A stretch of 62,223 nt of DNA from an uncultured Bacteroidia bacterium. Its GTDB lineage: Bacteria; CAIWAD01; BS150m-G50. Both the position numbers and the translations under genes were made by a program. The DNA is taken from positions 1-62,223 of the forward strand of contig CAZFEC010000014.1 in the NCBI GenBank assembly GCA_964517435.1, in the 5' to 3' direction. Numbering within the stretch: position 1 is the stretch's first letter; each line of letters begins with the position of its first letter. Below are positions 23,256 to 33,828 of the stretch, one piece after another. Under the pieces are notes generated by a model, which saw nothing but the letters and a program-made list of their open reading frames with translations, had not been told where the DNA came from and did not search any database.

Positions 23256-24020
23256 ATGGAATTCACTCTGCTCGCTTCCGGCAGCAAAGGCAACGCCACC
23301 CTGATCAGCGGCGCTGAGGGCGCCATCCTGATCGATATGGGTCTCTCCTTTCGGGAGCTGCGACGTCGCCTGGAGCTGCTGGGAATCGATCCGCCGGAAA
23401 TTCAAGCGATATTCGTGACACACGAGCATTCCGATCACATCAAGGGCGTCGGTATCGCCGCCCGCAAACTGGGGATACCGGTGTATATCAGCCGTGATAC
23501 ATTCGCGGCGTCCGGCGCTCTCTTCCGGGGCAGCGAGAAGATTCGCTTCCTGACCGCCGACAACCACATCTGCGGTCTGACGGTATCACCGCTTTCCACC
23601 TCGCACGACGTCGCCGATCCCTGCGCTTTCATCGTACGCGAAGGGGACTGCAAGCTGGGCGTCATCACCGATCTCGGTTTCCCGACAGCGGCCGTAAAAC
23701 GCGGAATCAACGATTTGAACGCGTTGATCATCGAGTCCAATCATTGTCCGCGCCTGCTGCGGGAGGGGCCCTATCCCTGGTTTCTCAAGCAGCGCATCAG
23801 CGGTCAACGCGGTCATCTCTCCAACGATCAGACCGGCGAATTGCTGAGGGACCATCTGAGCCCCAAAACCAGACTGGTCTACCTGGCGCACCTGAGCGAG
23901 GAGAACAACGAACCGGAACTGGCTCTCAGCAATGCCGGCCGCTATCTGGCCGGCCGTCGCGACGTGACCCTGAAGGCCGCCGCGCAACATGAACCCACCG
24001 TCATCGAACAAGTTTTGTAA
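23256..24020 (+). CDS. MBL-fold hydrolase (YycJ/WalJ-like)
   Basis: SGSKGN, THEHSDH, ESNH, GHLSN, HLSEENN. Confidence 0.9.
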   Translation: MEFTLLASGSKGNATLISGAEGAILIDMGLSFRELRRRLELLGIDPPEIQAIFVTHEHSDHIKGVGIAARKLGIPVYISRDTFAASGALFRGSEKIRFLTADNHICGLTVSPLSTSHDVADPCAFIVREGDCKLGVITDLGFPTAAVKRGINDLNALIIESNHCPRLLREGPYPWFLKQRISGQRGHLSNDQTGELLRDHLSPKTRLVYLAHLSEENNEPELALSNAGRYLAGRRDVTLKAAAQHEPTVIEQVL

Positions 24021-24035
24021 TACATGAGGTCTACC

Positions 24036-24662
24036 ATGAACAAGTACTATTTAACTACACTCGTCCTCGCGCTGACCCTGGCTGCTGCCACCATCGCTCC
24101 GGCGCAGGAGGGTGGAAAGGAAACCGCCATGCCGGACACCCGCACCGTAATCATGACCACCAACTATGGTGACATCAAGATTGAACTGGACTATGCCCGG
24201 GCGCCGGTTACCTGCGCGAACTTCGAGCAGTATGTCAACGACGGCTTCTACGCGGGCACCATCTACCATCGCGTGATCAGCAATTTCATGATCCAGGGTG
24301 GCGGTTTCAATCAGGCCGGCGAATACAAGGAAACCCGCGATCCCATCGCCAACGAGGCGGGCAATGGATTGCAGAACGAGCGGGGCACGATCGCCATGGC
24401 CCGTACCAGCGTTATCAACAGCGCCACGGCCCAGTTCTTCATCAACGTCAAGGACAATCCCTTCCTCAATCATCGCGACAACACCGTCCAGGGCTATGGC
24501 TACGCGGTGTTCGGGCGTGTAGTGGAAGGCATGGAGACGGTCGATGCCATCCGCCAGGTTACCACCGGTACGCATGTGACACAAACCCCGTCCGGTCCCA
24601 TGGAAATGCAGGATTGGCCGGTGGAGCCGGTGATCATCGAGAAGGTGGTATTCACCGAGTAA
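24036..24662 (+). CDS. Cyclophilin-type peptidyl-prolyl isomerase with signal peptide
   Basis: [33 protein letters not shown]; RBS GAGGT. Confidence 0.93.
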   Translation: MNKYYLTTLVLALTLAAATIAPAQEGGKETAMPDTRTVIMTTNYGDIKIELDYARAPVTCANFEQYVNDGFYAGTIYHRVISNFMIQGGGFNQAGEYKETRDPIANEAGNGLQNERGTIAMARTSVINSATAQFFINVKDNPFLNHRDNTVQGYGYAVFGRVVEGMETVDAIRQVTTGTHVTQTPSGPMEMQDWPVEPVIIEKVVFTE

Positions 24663-24680
24663 CAGACTCCGGGTGGAAGC

Positions 24681-26339
24681 ATGAGTATGCGTAACTTCTG
24701 GATTGCGGTTGTACTTCTATTCCTGAGCGGGACCGCCGCTCAGGCGGCCAGAACCTGGATCTTCTTCGACGAACTCCCGCGGAGCGGGGCTTTTGCCGGA
24801 ACCGAGCGCGCGGCACTGCGGCTGCAGAAGGCCGGTCTCGATCCCGCCGCGACGGTTAACCAATCCGTCGACCCGGCCTGGCTGGCTGAACTGCGGAGCG
24901 AAGGAGCAGTGATACACAATGTATCACGCTGGTTGCGAGCGGTTTCCATCGCGGATGATCCCGCCGTGACGGCGCGTTTGCAGGCGCGCTGGCCGGTGCG
25001 TGATGTCCGTCCGGTGCTGACCCTGACGCGCCCGCTGCCCCCGGTTGTCGAGAAACAATCTCCGTGGATCGACCGGTCGACCATCTACGGCAACTCCTGG
25101 ACGCAGCTGGCGCAGATGGGCATCCCCACTCTGCACGAGATGGGCTACACCGGGAGCGGCGTGTTCATCGGCATGCTCGATTCCGGCTGGCAGCTCAACG
25201 CGGAACATACCGCGCTGGCCCAGGCTGACATCGTCGCCACCTGGGACTTCTACTACGACGATCCGGTGGTCTGGAACGAAGCGCCCGACTCCTCCAACCA
25301 GGACCACCACGGCACATCCACCCTGGGCTGTATCGCCGCCTGGGCGCCGTACAACCTGATCGGCGCCGCCTATGATGCTTCCTTCGCCCTGGCCAAGACG
25401 GAACACATCGACGAGGAGGTCAACGCGGAGGAGGATGATTTCGTCGCCGGCCTGGAATGGCTCGACAGCCTCGGCGTGGATATCGCTTCCGCGTCTCTGG
25501 GCTACAGCCTCTTTGACGATGGTGAACATGACTATACGATCGAGGATCTCAACGGTGACATTTGTATCACAACCGTCGCCTGTGATCTGGCCGCCGAGCG
25601 CGGCATCTTCATGGTCAACTCCGCCGGCAACAGCGGTTCCACCCATGACATCTGGCACGGCCGGGTCACTTCGCCCGCCGACGGTGACAGCGTCATGGCG
25701 GTGGGTGCTGTCTATCCCGACTCCAGCCTTGTCCCGTTCAGTTCTCGGGGCCCCACCTGGGATGGCCGCATCAAACCGGATTTTGTAGCGATGGGCGCCG
25801 AAACCTGGGTTATCGACACCAATCCGGGTATGCCCATCTACCGCAATGGGTACGGAACCAGCTACTCCGCGCCTTTGTTCGCGGGTGGCGTGGCGTTGCT
25901 GCTGCAGGTGGAACCGCGCCTGCTGCCCCTGCCCCTGGCTGAACTGATGAAGCAATACGCCAGCCACAATGCAGCGCCGGATACCGCTTTCGGTTGGGGG
26001 CTGGTAGATCTGCCCCGGGTGGTCGAACACCTGCGGGCGAATATGCCGCAGCTGGCCGGTAAAGAAATCTGCGTTTTCCCCAATCCTTTTAACAACAGTC
26101 TGAGTTTTCTGATCGATAGCTATGCCGATTACAATCCCGAGCTGCAGATCAAACTTTATGATATTCTGGGAAGGTTGCGCTACACGCATGAGTGCAATGG
26201 CGTTCAGCATGAAGAGGGGTTGCTCGTTACGCTGCCGGTGCCGGCGTGGCTGGCGAATGGCATATATTTTGCAGAATTGATGCGGACGGACACCGGCGTA
26301 CTCGTCGGTCGCCGCAAGTGCCTTAAGCTGGAGTTATAA
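24681..26339 (+). CDS. Secreted S8 serine protease with T9SS-like CTD
   Basis: Catalytic triad LDSG, HGT, GTSYSAP; FPNPFN C-terminal domain. Confidence 0.92.
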   Translation: MSMRNFWIAVVLLFLSGTAAQAARTWIFFDELPRSGAFAGTERAALRLQKAGLDPAATVNQSVDPAWLAELRSEGAVIHNVSRWLRAVSIADDPAVTARLQARWPVRDVRPVLTLTRPLPPVVEKQSPWIDRSTIYGNSWTQLAQMGIPTLHEMGYTGSGVFIGMLDSGWQLNAEHTALAQADIVATWDFYYDDPVVWNEAPDSSNQDHHGTSTLGCIAAWAPYNLIGAAYDASFALAKTEHIDEEVNAEEDDFVAGLEWLDSLGVDIASASLGYSLFDDGEHDYTIEDLNGDICITTVACDLAAERGIFMVNSAGNSGSTHDIWHGRVTSPADGDSVMAVGAVYPDSSLVPFSSRGPTWDGRIKPDFVAMGAETWVIDTNPGMPIYRNGYGTSYSAPLFAGGVALLLQVEPRLLPLPLAELMKQYASHNAAPDTAFGWGLVDLPRVVEHLRANMPQLAGKEICVFPNPFNNSLSFLIDSYADYNPELQIKLYDILGRLRYTHECNGVQHEEGLLVTLPVPAWLANGIYFAELMRTDTGVLVGRRKCLKLEL

Positions 26340-28651
26340 TGAGACTGTACCTGCTGCTGGCCGCACTCCTGATGATGTCAGTGCCGGCCTCCGCCGTTCT
26401 CGACGACTACTACCACAACTACGCGGAATGCTATGCGCTGCTCGATTCGCTGGCGCAGGCTCATCCCGATATCATGCGCGTCGACAGCATCGGCTACTCC
26501 AGCCAGTATGAGCTGCCGATCTGGGCGGCCGTGATCAGCGACAATGTGCAGCAGAACGAGGATGAACCGGGCGTGCTGCTGATCGGCACCTGCCATGCGG
26601 AGGAAATCCTCGGCACCGAGATCGTGCTCCGCTTCGCCGAGGAGTTGATCGCCCATCGCTATCAGATGCCCTGGGTCGCCTGGATCGCCGCCACCCAGAT
26701 CATCATCATACCGTCGAACAACCCGGAGGGGATGGGTGTCATCTTCAGCGAAGAGGATGTCACCTATCGCAAAAACCTGCGCGAGATAGAAGGCAACTGC
26801 GTGATATCCCCCGGCATCGGCAACGATTCCTGCGGCGTCGATCTCAACCGCAACTACGATTTCTTCTGGAATCACGGTGATACATTGTGGCACGCTCAGG
26901 ACGCGGAGGCCTTCGATTACTATCGCGGGGCCTACCCCTTCTCCGAAACCGAAGAGCAGGCCATCCGTGATCTGGGTGAGGAATACAACCTGGCCTACTT
27001 CATCGCCTATCACAGCGCCCGCACCTCCACCAACTTCCAGAAGGTCATCTATCCCTGGGGCTGGAAGCACCCCGAAGACGAACAGATCATCAAACCCTGT
27101 CCCGATGTGGACCTGATGGTATCCCTCGGCACCAGTCTGGCCGGACAGATTCCCACCCTGGACGGCACTTCCACCTATGCGTCGGTGCTGAGCGGCGGCC
27201 GCAAAGGCAGCGCGCACAACTACGCCTACGGCGGCTGGGGTACGATTTCCTTCCTGATCGAGGTCGGCACCAATGAGGAGGAGGGCGCCTTTCAGCCTGA
27301 AGACTGGGACATCATCAACCAGATTATCGATGATAATCTGCAGGGCGTGCACTGGATGATGAATCGCCTGATCGGCTATCAGGTCGCGGCTCCGATGCTG
27401 CAGGGGCGGGTGCTTGACGCCGTCACCGCTGCGCCGCTGATCGCGCGGGTGGAAGTGCTGGAACACACCAGCAACGAGATCAAACCCCGCTGCAGCCGCC
27501 TGCCGTACGGTCGCTTCTACCGCGTGCTGGACGCCGGTTCCTACCTGGTGCGCGTCAGCAAGCCGGGCTACGAGGTGTACGAGCAGACGCTGCTGGTCAA
27601 CCCGCAGCAGCCGACCGATTATGTGATCGAACTGCTGCCCCTGCCGCTCTGGACCGTCAGTGGCAACACCTATCAAACATCGGACGACGAGACACTGGTG
27701 CCCTGCGAATTGCGGTTCTACAATCCGCTGCACGACACCCTCTACACCTTCGACAGCAACGGCAGCTACGCGGTGGAACTGCCCGCCGGAGAGTACCGGG
27801 TCAGCGCGTATCACGAAGAGTACGTCCTGGCGCAGCGCTTTCTGCAGCTGACGCAACCTGTCGAGTGCAACATCGGTCTCCCCGACGGCGTCACGGAAGT
27901 CACACTGCCGGTGGATGACCTTTCGGGCTGGACGCCTGGCGGTGCCAACGAGGACTGGGCCGTCATGCAGGACGATTCCACCTGCGTGCACCTGGTGTCA
28001 AACACGTCCATTTACACCCACAACGACATGGACGCGACCCTGACCCTGGCCGAACCGCTGTCGCTGACGGATTATCACCACGCCTCCCTGCACCTGCGAC
28101 ACCTGATCGATCTGGAGGCTGATTTCGATTACGCCGAAGTGCAGGTGAGCGGAGACGGCAGCCAATGGACGACGCTGGAGCAGTTCAGCGGCCACAGTGG
28201 CGGTTTTATACACAGCGCCTGGGCACTGGATCAGTTTTGCGGCGGTATGCTCCACCTCCGGTTCCACCTGGTTACCGACGAATGGGTGAACGATTACGGC
28301 TGGCATATCAACGCGCCGGAGCTGCGGCTGTCCAATCAGCTGGACGACGTGATACAAATCCCAGCGCTGCCGTCATCACTGAACCTGCTGGGAAACTATC
28401 CCAATCCTTTCAACCCCGCCACTACCGTGGTATTCGACGTGCCGGCCCGGTTGGCGGGATTGCAGCCGCAATTGACCGTCTACAACGTGCGGGGAGCCCG
28501 CGTCGTCGTCGTGGCGGGTGAATCGACGCTTGCCGGACGGCAGCAGCTGCAGTGGCGGCCGGCCGCAACGCTGCCGAGCGGTATCTACTTTTATCAGGTA
28601 CGGCTGGGCGCGGAAACAACCGCGCCGGGCAAAATGCTGTTCGTGAAGTGA
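26339..28651 (+). CDS. Secreted M14 zinc carboxypeptidase with T9SS-like CTD
   Basis: HAEE (HxxE), RKN, DLNRNY, YHS, IEVG; NYPNPFN C-terminal domain. Confidence 0.92.
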   Translation: MRLYLLLAALLMMSVPASAVLDDYYHNYAECYALLDSLAQAHPDIMRVDSIGYSSQYELPIWAAVISDNVQQNEDEPGVLLIGTCHAEEILGTEIVLRFAEELIAHRYQMPWVAWIAATQIIIIPSNNPEGMGVIFSEEDVTYRKNLREIEGNCVISPGIGNDSCGVDLNRNYDFFWNHGDTLWHAQDAEAFDYYRGAYPFSETEEQAIRDLGEEYNLAYFIAYHSARTSTNFQKVIYPWGWKHPEDEQIIKPCPDVDLMVSLGTSLAGQIPTLDGTSTYASVLSGGRKGSAHNYAYGGWGTISFLIEVGTNEEEGAFQPEDWDIINQIIDDNLQGVHWMMNRLIGYQVAAPMLQGRVLDAVTAAPLIARVEVLEHTSNEIKPRCSRLPYGRFYRVLDAGSYLVRVSKPGYEVYEQTLLVNPQQPTDYVIELLPLPLWTVSGNTYQTSDDETLVPCELRFYNPLHDTLYTFDSNGSYAVELPAGEYRVSAYHEEYVLAQRFLQLTQPVECNIGLPDGVTEVTLPVDDLSGWTPGGANEDWAVMQDDSTCVHLVSNTSIYTHNDMDATLTLAEPLSLTDYHHASLHLRHLIDLEADFDYAEVQVSGDGSQWTTLEQFSGHSGGFIHSAWALDQFCGGMLHLRFHLVTDEWVNDYGWHINAPELRLSNQLDDVIQIPALPSSLNLLGNYPNPFNPATTVVFDVPARLAGLQPQLTVYNVRGARVVVVAGESTLAGRQQLQWRPAATLPSGIYFYQVRLGAETTAPGKMLFVK

Positions 28652-28688
28652 GCAGCAGCGAATCTTGAGTTTTGGAGGTTATCCGGAG

Positions 28689-31600
28689 ATGATGAAGAGA
28701 CTGGCGATTATAACCCTGTTGCTCGGCGGCCTGCAGCTGGCCGGTGCGGCCGTAATCGACTGCGGTGGCCTGGAGGTAGTGCGGGAGCCTGATGCCGTCG
28801 TGATACATTACCGATTAACCGGGATGTCAATCAATGAAGAGAATGGCAGCGCCAGCCTCATCATTGACGGGATGCAGCTTTCCAGTTATCTGAACCAACC
28901 GCGGCTGCCGTTTGTCACGCTCTGGCTGGAGGTGCCGCGCGCGGCCGAGCTGAATCTGGAACTGCGTGAGATAGAGACCGAATTTCACGCCGGGCTGGAG
29001 CTGTCGACGTATCACGACGATCAGCTCACCTCTGTTTCACACACCGGCGGCACCAATCTGACCGGCTTCGCCACTGTCGGCGCCGGCGGGATGATGCGCG
29101 ACCTGCGCCTGGTACCGCTGGTGCTGCAACCGGCGGTGGTGGAGCAGGACGGCGTGCGCATCCTGAAGTCGGCATCTATTCGCGTGAACCTCGCTGGCGA
29201 CCGCGATTGTCGTGAGATCAACTGCTCCCGTGAAATGGACCAGCTGTACGAAACGCTGCTGGTCAATCACGGCCAGTTCTACCGCAGCCGCGACGAAAGT
29301 CAGTTCCCCCGGCTGCTGGTGGTATCAGCGCCGCTGTATGCCAATTATATCGGCGACCTGCTGCGCTGGAAGCGACGCGCCGGTTTCGAAGTGGATTACG
29401 TCACCTTCGATCAGATGCCGGGCGGCGGCAACACCATCACCAACAACGACCTCGATTCCTGGTTGACCGATTACTACGCGCAGTATCAGCCGGAGTATCT
29501 TATCCTGATCGGCGACCAGGACGGCACCTACGCCTGCCCCACGTTCCTGATACCGGAGGCGGAGGGCGAGGACTACGATGTGACCGACCTGCAGTACAGT
29601 CTCAAGGTTGGCGACGACTACATGCCCGACCTGCTGCTGGGGCGTCTCTCGGTTCATGATGCGCCGCTGCAGCTGCTGGTGATCGCCGAGAAGATCATGC
29701 GCTACGAGGCGGAGCCTTACGAGGGGAGCATCCCGGACCAGGAGGACTGGCTGGAGAACGGACTGGTCGTCGGCGGCAACTTTGCGGAGGGCGGCATCAT
29801 CCCGGTCACGCCGGTGCTGACCAGCCGCTGGGTGGTCGAAAAGCTGCTGGACAACGGCTACACCCAGGTGGATACGGTCTACTATCCGCCGCACATCTCC
29901 GGTGAGCCGATGATTTCCAACGCCATCAACAGTGGCGTCAGCGTCGTCAACTACCGCGGCTGGGCTGATGCAGAGCACTGGCAGCGGCCCTCCTACTCGA
30001 TCACCGACATGAACCAGAACCTGAACAACGGCTATATGACGCCCATCATGCTGTCGATCGTCTGCAACACCGGCGATTTCGGCAGCGTCAATCATGAGCC
30101 CTGTTTCGCCGAAGCCTTCCTGCGGCTGGGTAATCCCGGCACGCCCCGGGGCGGGGTGGCGGTCTTCGCGCCGAGCGACCTGCACACCCGCTCGATCTAC
30201 AACAACGCGCTCAACGCCGGTTTCTATCGTGGTCTCTTCAACGAGGGCATCGCCACTATGGGAGGAAATACCCTGCGCGCGAAGATCGACCTTTACAACG
30301 CCTTTCCGAACGAGCATGAGATAAACGGTTACGTTTACTTCTATTTCAACGTCTACAATCTGCTGGGTGATCCCAGCCTGCGGATCCGCACCAGCGTGCC
30401 GGTGCCGCTGACGGTAACCGCACTCGACACCCTGGCGGTCGGCGCCGCCAGCCTCAGTATCAGCGTTACGGACGAGCTGGGAACGCCGCTGTCCGACCTG
30501 CTGGTGACGCTGGTAGCCGGCGAGGAGTCCGAGCAGCAGCTGGGCAGGGGGCGGACGGACAGCACCGGCGAGCTGCTGTTGACCTTTCCGCGTCTGACCG
30601 AAACCGGTACCCTTCAGTTGACCGTGCTCGGTAAAGACAGCTATCCGCAACTGACGGACATCCCGGTCGTGATACGGCCGCAGTACGCCACCCTGACCGC
30701 CAGCCAGTGGCTGGAAGACGGCAACAGCGGTTCCAGCGGCGACGGCGACGGCCTGGTCAATCCCGGCGAGACCGTCGCCTGGTTCCCCACGTTGCAGAAC
30801 AGCGGCAGCCAGACCCTGCCGGGTGTCGACCTGGCGGCGACGGCGACCGACACCATGCTGATGCTGCAGAACAGCGAGCTGTCGCTGGGCGAGTTGCTGC
30901 CGGGGGAGGAGGCCACATCGCCCGATCCGCTCCTGATCGATGTATCACAATCGGTCCTGCACGGCTGGCCGCTGCAGCTCGAACTGACGATCAGCGGCGA
31001 CGGCTTCTCGCAGATTACCATCGATGAAACAGCCGCGGTAGCTTCGCGGCCCTACTTTGTGTCACACACATTACCGGGGGACTTCAATCAGATCATCGAC
31101 CCGGAGGAGGAGGCCGTTCTACAGTTGACGCTGGCCAACGACGGCGACCTGTCCAGCGGCGACCTCACCGGTCTACTGACGACGACCTCGCCGCAACTGA
31201 CCGTGGTTACCGCAACCGCCCAGCCGATCGGCGTTATCGACGCAGGCGGCGAGACAACGGTGGAGTTCACCGTCACCGGCGGCCAAGACATTCTGCCCGG
31301 TCTCACGCTGCCACTGCAGCTGGAGTTAACCACGCCGGCGGGGTTCCAGCAGCTGCTCGACATCGAAATCATCAACGGCGAACGGTTGCCGGGCGATCCC
31401 ACCGGCCCGGACGGCTACGGCTACTGGGCCTACGAGAGCCGCGACTATAACTACCTGAACCGCCCCAGCTACGACTGGATCGAAATCGACACGCGGCTGG
31501 GAGGCGACGGCACCCGCCTCTGGCTGGATGACGACCAGAGCGCCACCCTGCCGCTGCCGTTCACCTTCCGCTACTACGGCGAGAGCTTCGACACCGTCAC

Positions 31601-33221
31601 CATCTGTTCCAACGGCTGGTTGTCGATGAACTACACCTGGATGTCCGATTTCACCAACTGGATGATCCCGCCCGGTCTGGGTCCCTCCAACCTGATCATG
31701 CCGTTCTGGGACGACCTGAAGCCGCAATACACGCCGAACGAGGATTCCGTCTGGGTGCCGGTTTTCTACAAGGACATGGACGACGGCCGCTTCGTCGTCG
31801 AATGGAGTCAGACCTACAACCGCTATCTGTGGGATTCGGAACCGATGGAGGAAACCTTCCAGGCGATCCTCTACGATCCGGTCACCTACCCGACGACGAC
31901 CGGGGACAGCCGGATCCTGTTCCAGTATCGTGTGATACACGATGAAGACGCCCGTGCCAATTACGCGACGGTCGGGGTGACCGACCACGACCACTATCAC
32001 GGTCTGGAGGTCACCTTCGCCCAGCGCTACGGACCCGATTCGCAGATGTTGGCGGACGGGACCGCTATCCTGATCACCACCGACGAGCCGCAACGGGTGA
32101 CCGATCCCCAGATCATCCTGGTGGAGGAATCCCCCTGGCTGCATTCGCTGACGCCGCAGTTCAACTGGGACCCGGGGCCGTTGACCGGCAATCCGGATGT
32201 CACCTACACGCTGGAACTGGCCCTGGACGACCAGTTCAGCCAGGCGGTAGCCGTTTACGGCGACATCGACACCACCACTTTCGAGGTGACCGAGCCGCTG
32301 GAGGAGGAGGTCCTCTACTACTGGCGGGTAACGGCTCATCTCGCTGACGAGGACATTCCCTGCGTCCCCGCCTGCCTGAGTTTTCAGATCGACGCCACGC
32401 CGCCGGTGGCTTCGCTGGGACTGGTAGAGAACCCGGTGTTTCCGCACTTTCTCGATCTCGGCATCATCAGCAGTGAAGAACTGGCAGCTGCGCCCTGGCT
32501 GCAACTGACAGCGGCGGACAGCACCCTGGTGGATTCTTCCCAGGCGGAACCGCTGCCGAACACCGACACCGGTTTTCACTGGGCTTTCAACCTCGAACAG
32601 CTGGGGGAATACCTGTTGACGGTGCAGATGGTGGATGCGCACGGTTTGCCCGGTTCCACGCAGCGCGACCTGGGCCAGGCGGGCGGTGGCTACACGACCG
32701 TCCACCTCGGTGACGGCATCCGCTGCGACTGGCTCAGCGGCGATCCGGCTACGCTCCTGGAGGGAGATATCGGCGTACAGCTGATCGGCAACGGTGCCTA
32801 TCGCCTGATGTTTCCCCCCGCACCCGGCGTCATCTGCCGGCTGGACGACGGCCTCTGGCGGCCGATCGCACCGGTCGGAGCGAACACTGTTGTGATACAT
32901 GAAGGGGGGACCTACGCCCGGCGGCTGGAATCGGAAACGGTACCGGCGGAGCTGGCACTGCGGGACAACTACCCCAATCCCTTCAACGGCTCCACCCGCC
33001 TGGAGTTCGCGTTGCCGGCGACGGCCACGGTGCGGCTCTCAGTCTACAACCTGCTGGGACAGCGCGTGGAGGTGCTGCGACAGGGCACACTCAACGCCGG
33101 AATCCACCAGGTCGACTGGCGGCCCCACCAGCACGCCTCCGGCATGTACTGGGCGGTGCTGGAAGTGGAGAGCAGCGGTGACCGCGCCACGCTCATTCAA
33201 AAAATGCTCTATCTGAAGTGA
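28689..33221 (+). CDS. C25 (gingipain-family) protein with propeptide, Ig-like domains and T9SS-like CTD
   Basis: YLILIGD, LGRLS, NYRGWA, IVCNTGDF, YNLLGDPS, GPDGYGY, NYPNPFN. Confidence 0.88.
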   Translation: MMKRLAIITLLLGGLQLAGAAVIDCGGLEVVREPDAVVIHYRLTGMSINEENGSASLIIDGMQLSSYLNQPRLPFVTLWLEVPRAAELNLELREIETEFHAGLELSTYHDDQLTSVSHTGGTNLTGFATVGAGGMMRDLRLVPLVLQPAVVEQDGVRILKSASIRVNLAGDRDCREINCSREMDQLYETLLVNHGQFYRSRDESQFPRLLVVSAPLYANYIGDLLRWKRRAGFEVDYVTFDQMPGGGNTITNNDLDSWLTDYYAQYQPEYLILIGDQDGTYACPTFLIPEAEGEDYDVTDLQYSLKVGDDYMPDLLLGRLSVHDAPLQLLVIAEKIMRYEAEPYEGSIPDQEDWLENGLVVGGNFAEGGIIPVTPVLTSRWVVEKLLDNGYTQVDTVYYPPHISGEPMISNAINSGVSVVNYRGWADAEHWQRPSYSITDMNQNLNNGYMTPIMLSIVCNTGDFGSVNHEPCFAEAFLRLGNPGTPRGGVAVFAPSDLHTRSIYNNALNAGFYRGLFNEGIATMGGNTLRAKIDLYNAFPNEHEINGYVYFYFNVYNLLGDPSLRIRTSVPVPLTVTALDTLAVGAASLSISVTDELGTPLSDLLVTLVAGEESEQQLGRGRTDSTGELLLTFPRLTETGTLQLTVLGKDSYPQLTDIPVVIRPQYATLTASQWLEDGNSGSSGDGDGLVNPGETVAWFPTLQNSGSQTLPGVDLAATATDTMLMLQNSELSLGELLPGEEATSPDPLLIDVSQSVLHGWPLQLELTISGDGFSQITIDETAAVASRPYFVSHTLPGDFNQIIDPEEEAVLQLTLANDGDLSSGDLTGLLTTTSPQLTVVTATAQPIGVIDAGGETTVEFTVTGGQDILPGLTLPLQLELTTPAGFQQLLDIEIINGERLPGDPTGPDGYGYWAYESRDYNYLNRPSYDWIEIDTRLGGDGTRLWLDDDQSATLPLPFTFRYYGESFDTVTICSNGWLSMNYTWMSDFTNWMIPPGLGPSNLIMPFWDDLKPQYTPNEDSVWVPVFYKDMDDGRFVVEWSQTYNRYLWDSEPMEETFQAILYDPVTYPTTTGDSRILFQYRVIHDEDARANYATVGVTDHDHYHGLEVTFAQRYGPDSQMLADGTAILITTDEPQRVTDPQIILVEESPWLHSLTPQFNWDPGPLTGNPDVTYTLELALDDQFSQAVAVYGDIDTTTFEVTEPLEEEVLYYWRVTAHLADEDIPCVPACLSFQIDATPPVASLGLVENPVFPHFLDLGIISSEELAAAPWLQLTAADSTLVDSSQAEPLPNTDTGFHWAFNLEQLGEYLLTVQMVDAHGLPGSTQRDLGQAGGGYTTVHLGDGIRCDWLSGDPATLLEGDIGVQLIGNGAYRLMFPPAPGVICRLDDGLWRPIAPVGANTVVIHEGGTYARRLESETVPAELALRDNYPNPFNGSTRLEFALPATATVRLSVYNLLGQRVEVLRQGTLNAGIHQVDWRPHQHASGMYWAVLEVESSGDRATLIQKMLYLK

Positions 33222-33228
33222 GGAACCG

Positions 33229-33825
33229 ATGATCAAGCTGCTGAAAACGCTACTGCCGGCGCTGGTCCTGGGTCTGCTGCTGAATGCATGCGGCGACGAC
33301 GACGAGCGCTATGACGAGCTGATCTCCGACGGCTGGCAGGCCTACAGCGCCGCCGACTACGACCGGGCGCTCACGACCTTCCTGGATGCGGTCCGGGAAG
33401 ACGGTGACCGGGCGGAGGCCTGGAACGGCATCGCCTGGACCGAGATAGAGCTGTATGCGGATGAAGAGAGCGATGAGGACTATCTCGCGGCCATCGAGGG
33501 CAATTTCCTGGCGGCGATAGACCGTTCGCACGACTGGGCACCTCCGCTGGCCGGACTGGCGCTGACCCGCTCCCGGCTGGAGAAGCGGCTCTCCGCCATC
33601 CATTTCGCAGGGGAGGCTCTGACGCTGGCCGGCGATGACTGGACCTACAGTCGCATCGCCACCGTAACCGCCCGTGCCATGCGCAAGGTGCGCGCCTGGA
33701 ACTTCTTTCTCCTGGAACAGTTTGCCGACGCCCGGATTGAGGTGGAAACGGTGCTCGACGTGACGTTGGATCCGGACGCACCCGACTACCTGGAGCAGCT
33801 GCTGGCCGCGATCGAGCAGCTCTGA
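33229..33825 (+). CDS. TPR-like lipoprotein
   Basis: Lipobox LLNAC; TPR-like helices (AEAWNGIAW). Confidence 0.75.
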   Translation: MIKLLKTLLPALVLGLLLNACGDDDERYDELISDGWQAYSAADYDRALTTFLDAVREDGDRAEAWNGIAWTEIELYADEESDEDYLAAIEGNFLAAIDRSHDWAPPLAGLALTRSRLEKRLSAIHFAGEALTLAGDDWTYSRIATVTARAMRKVRAWNFFLLEQFADARIEVETVLDVTLDPDAPDYLEQLLAAIEQL

Positions 33826-33828
33826 ACC

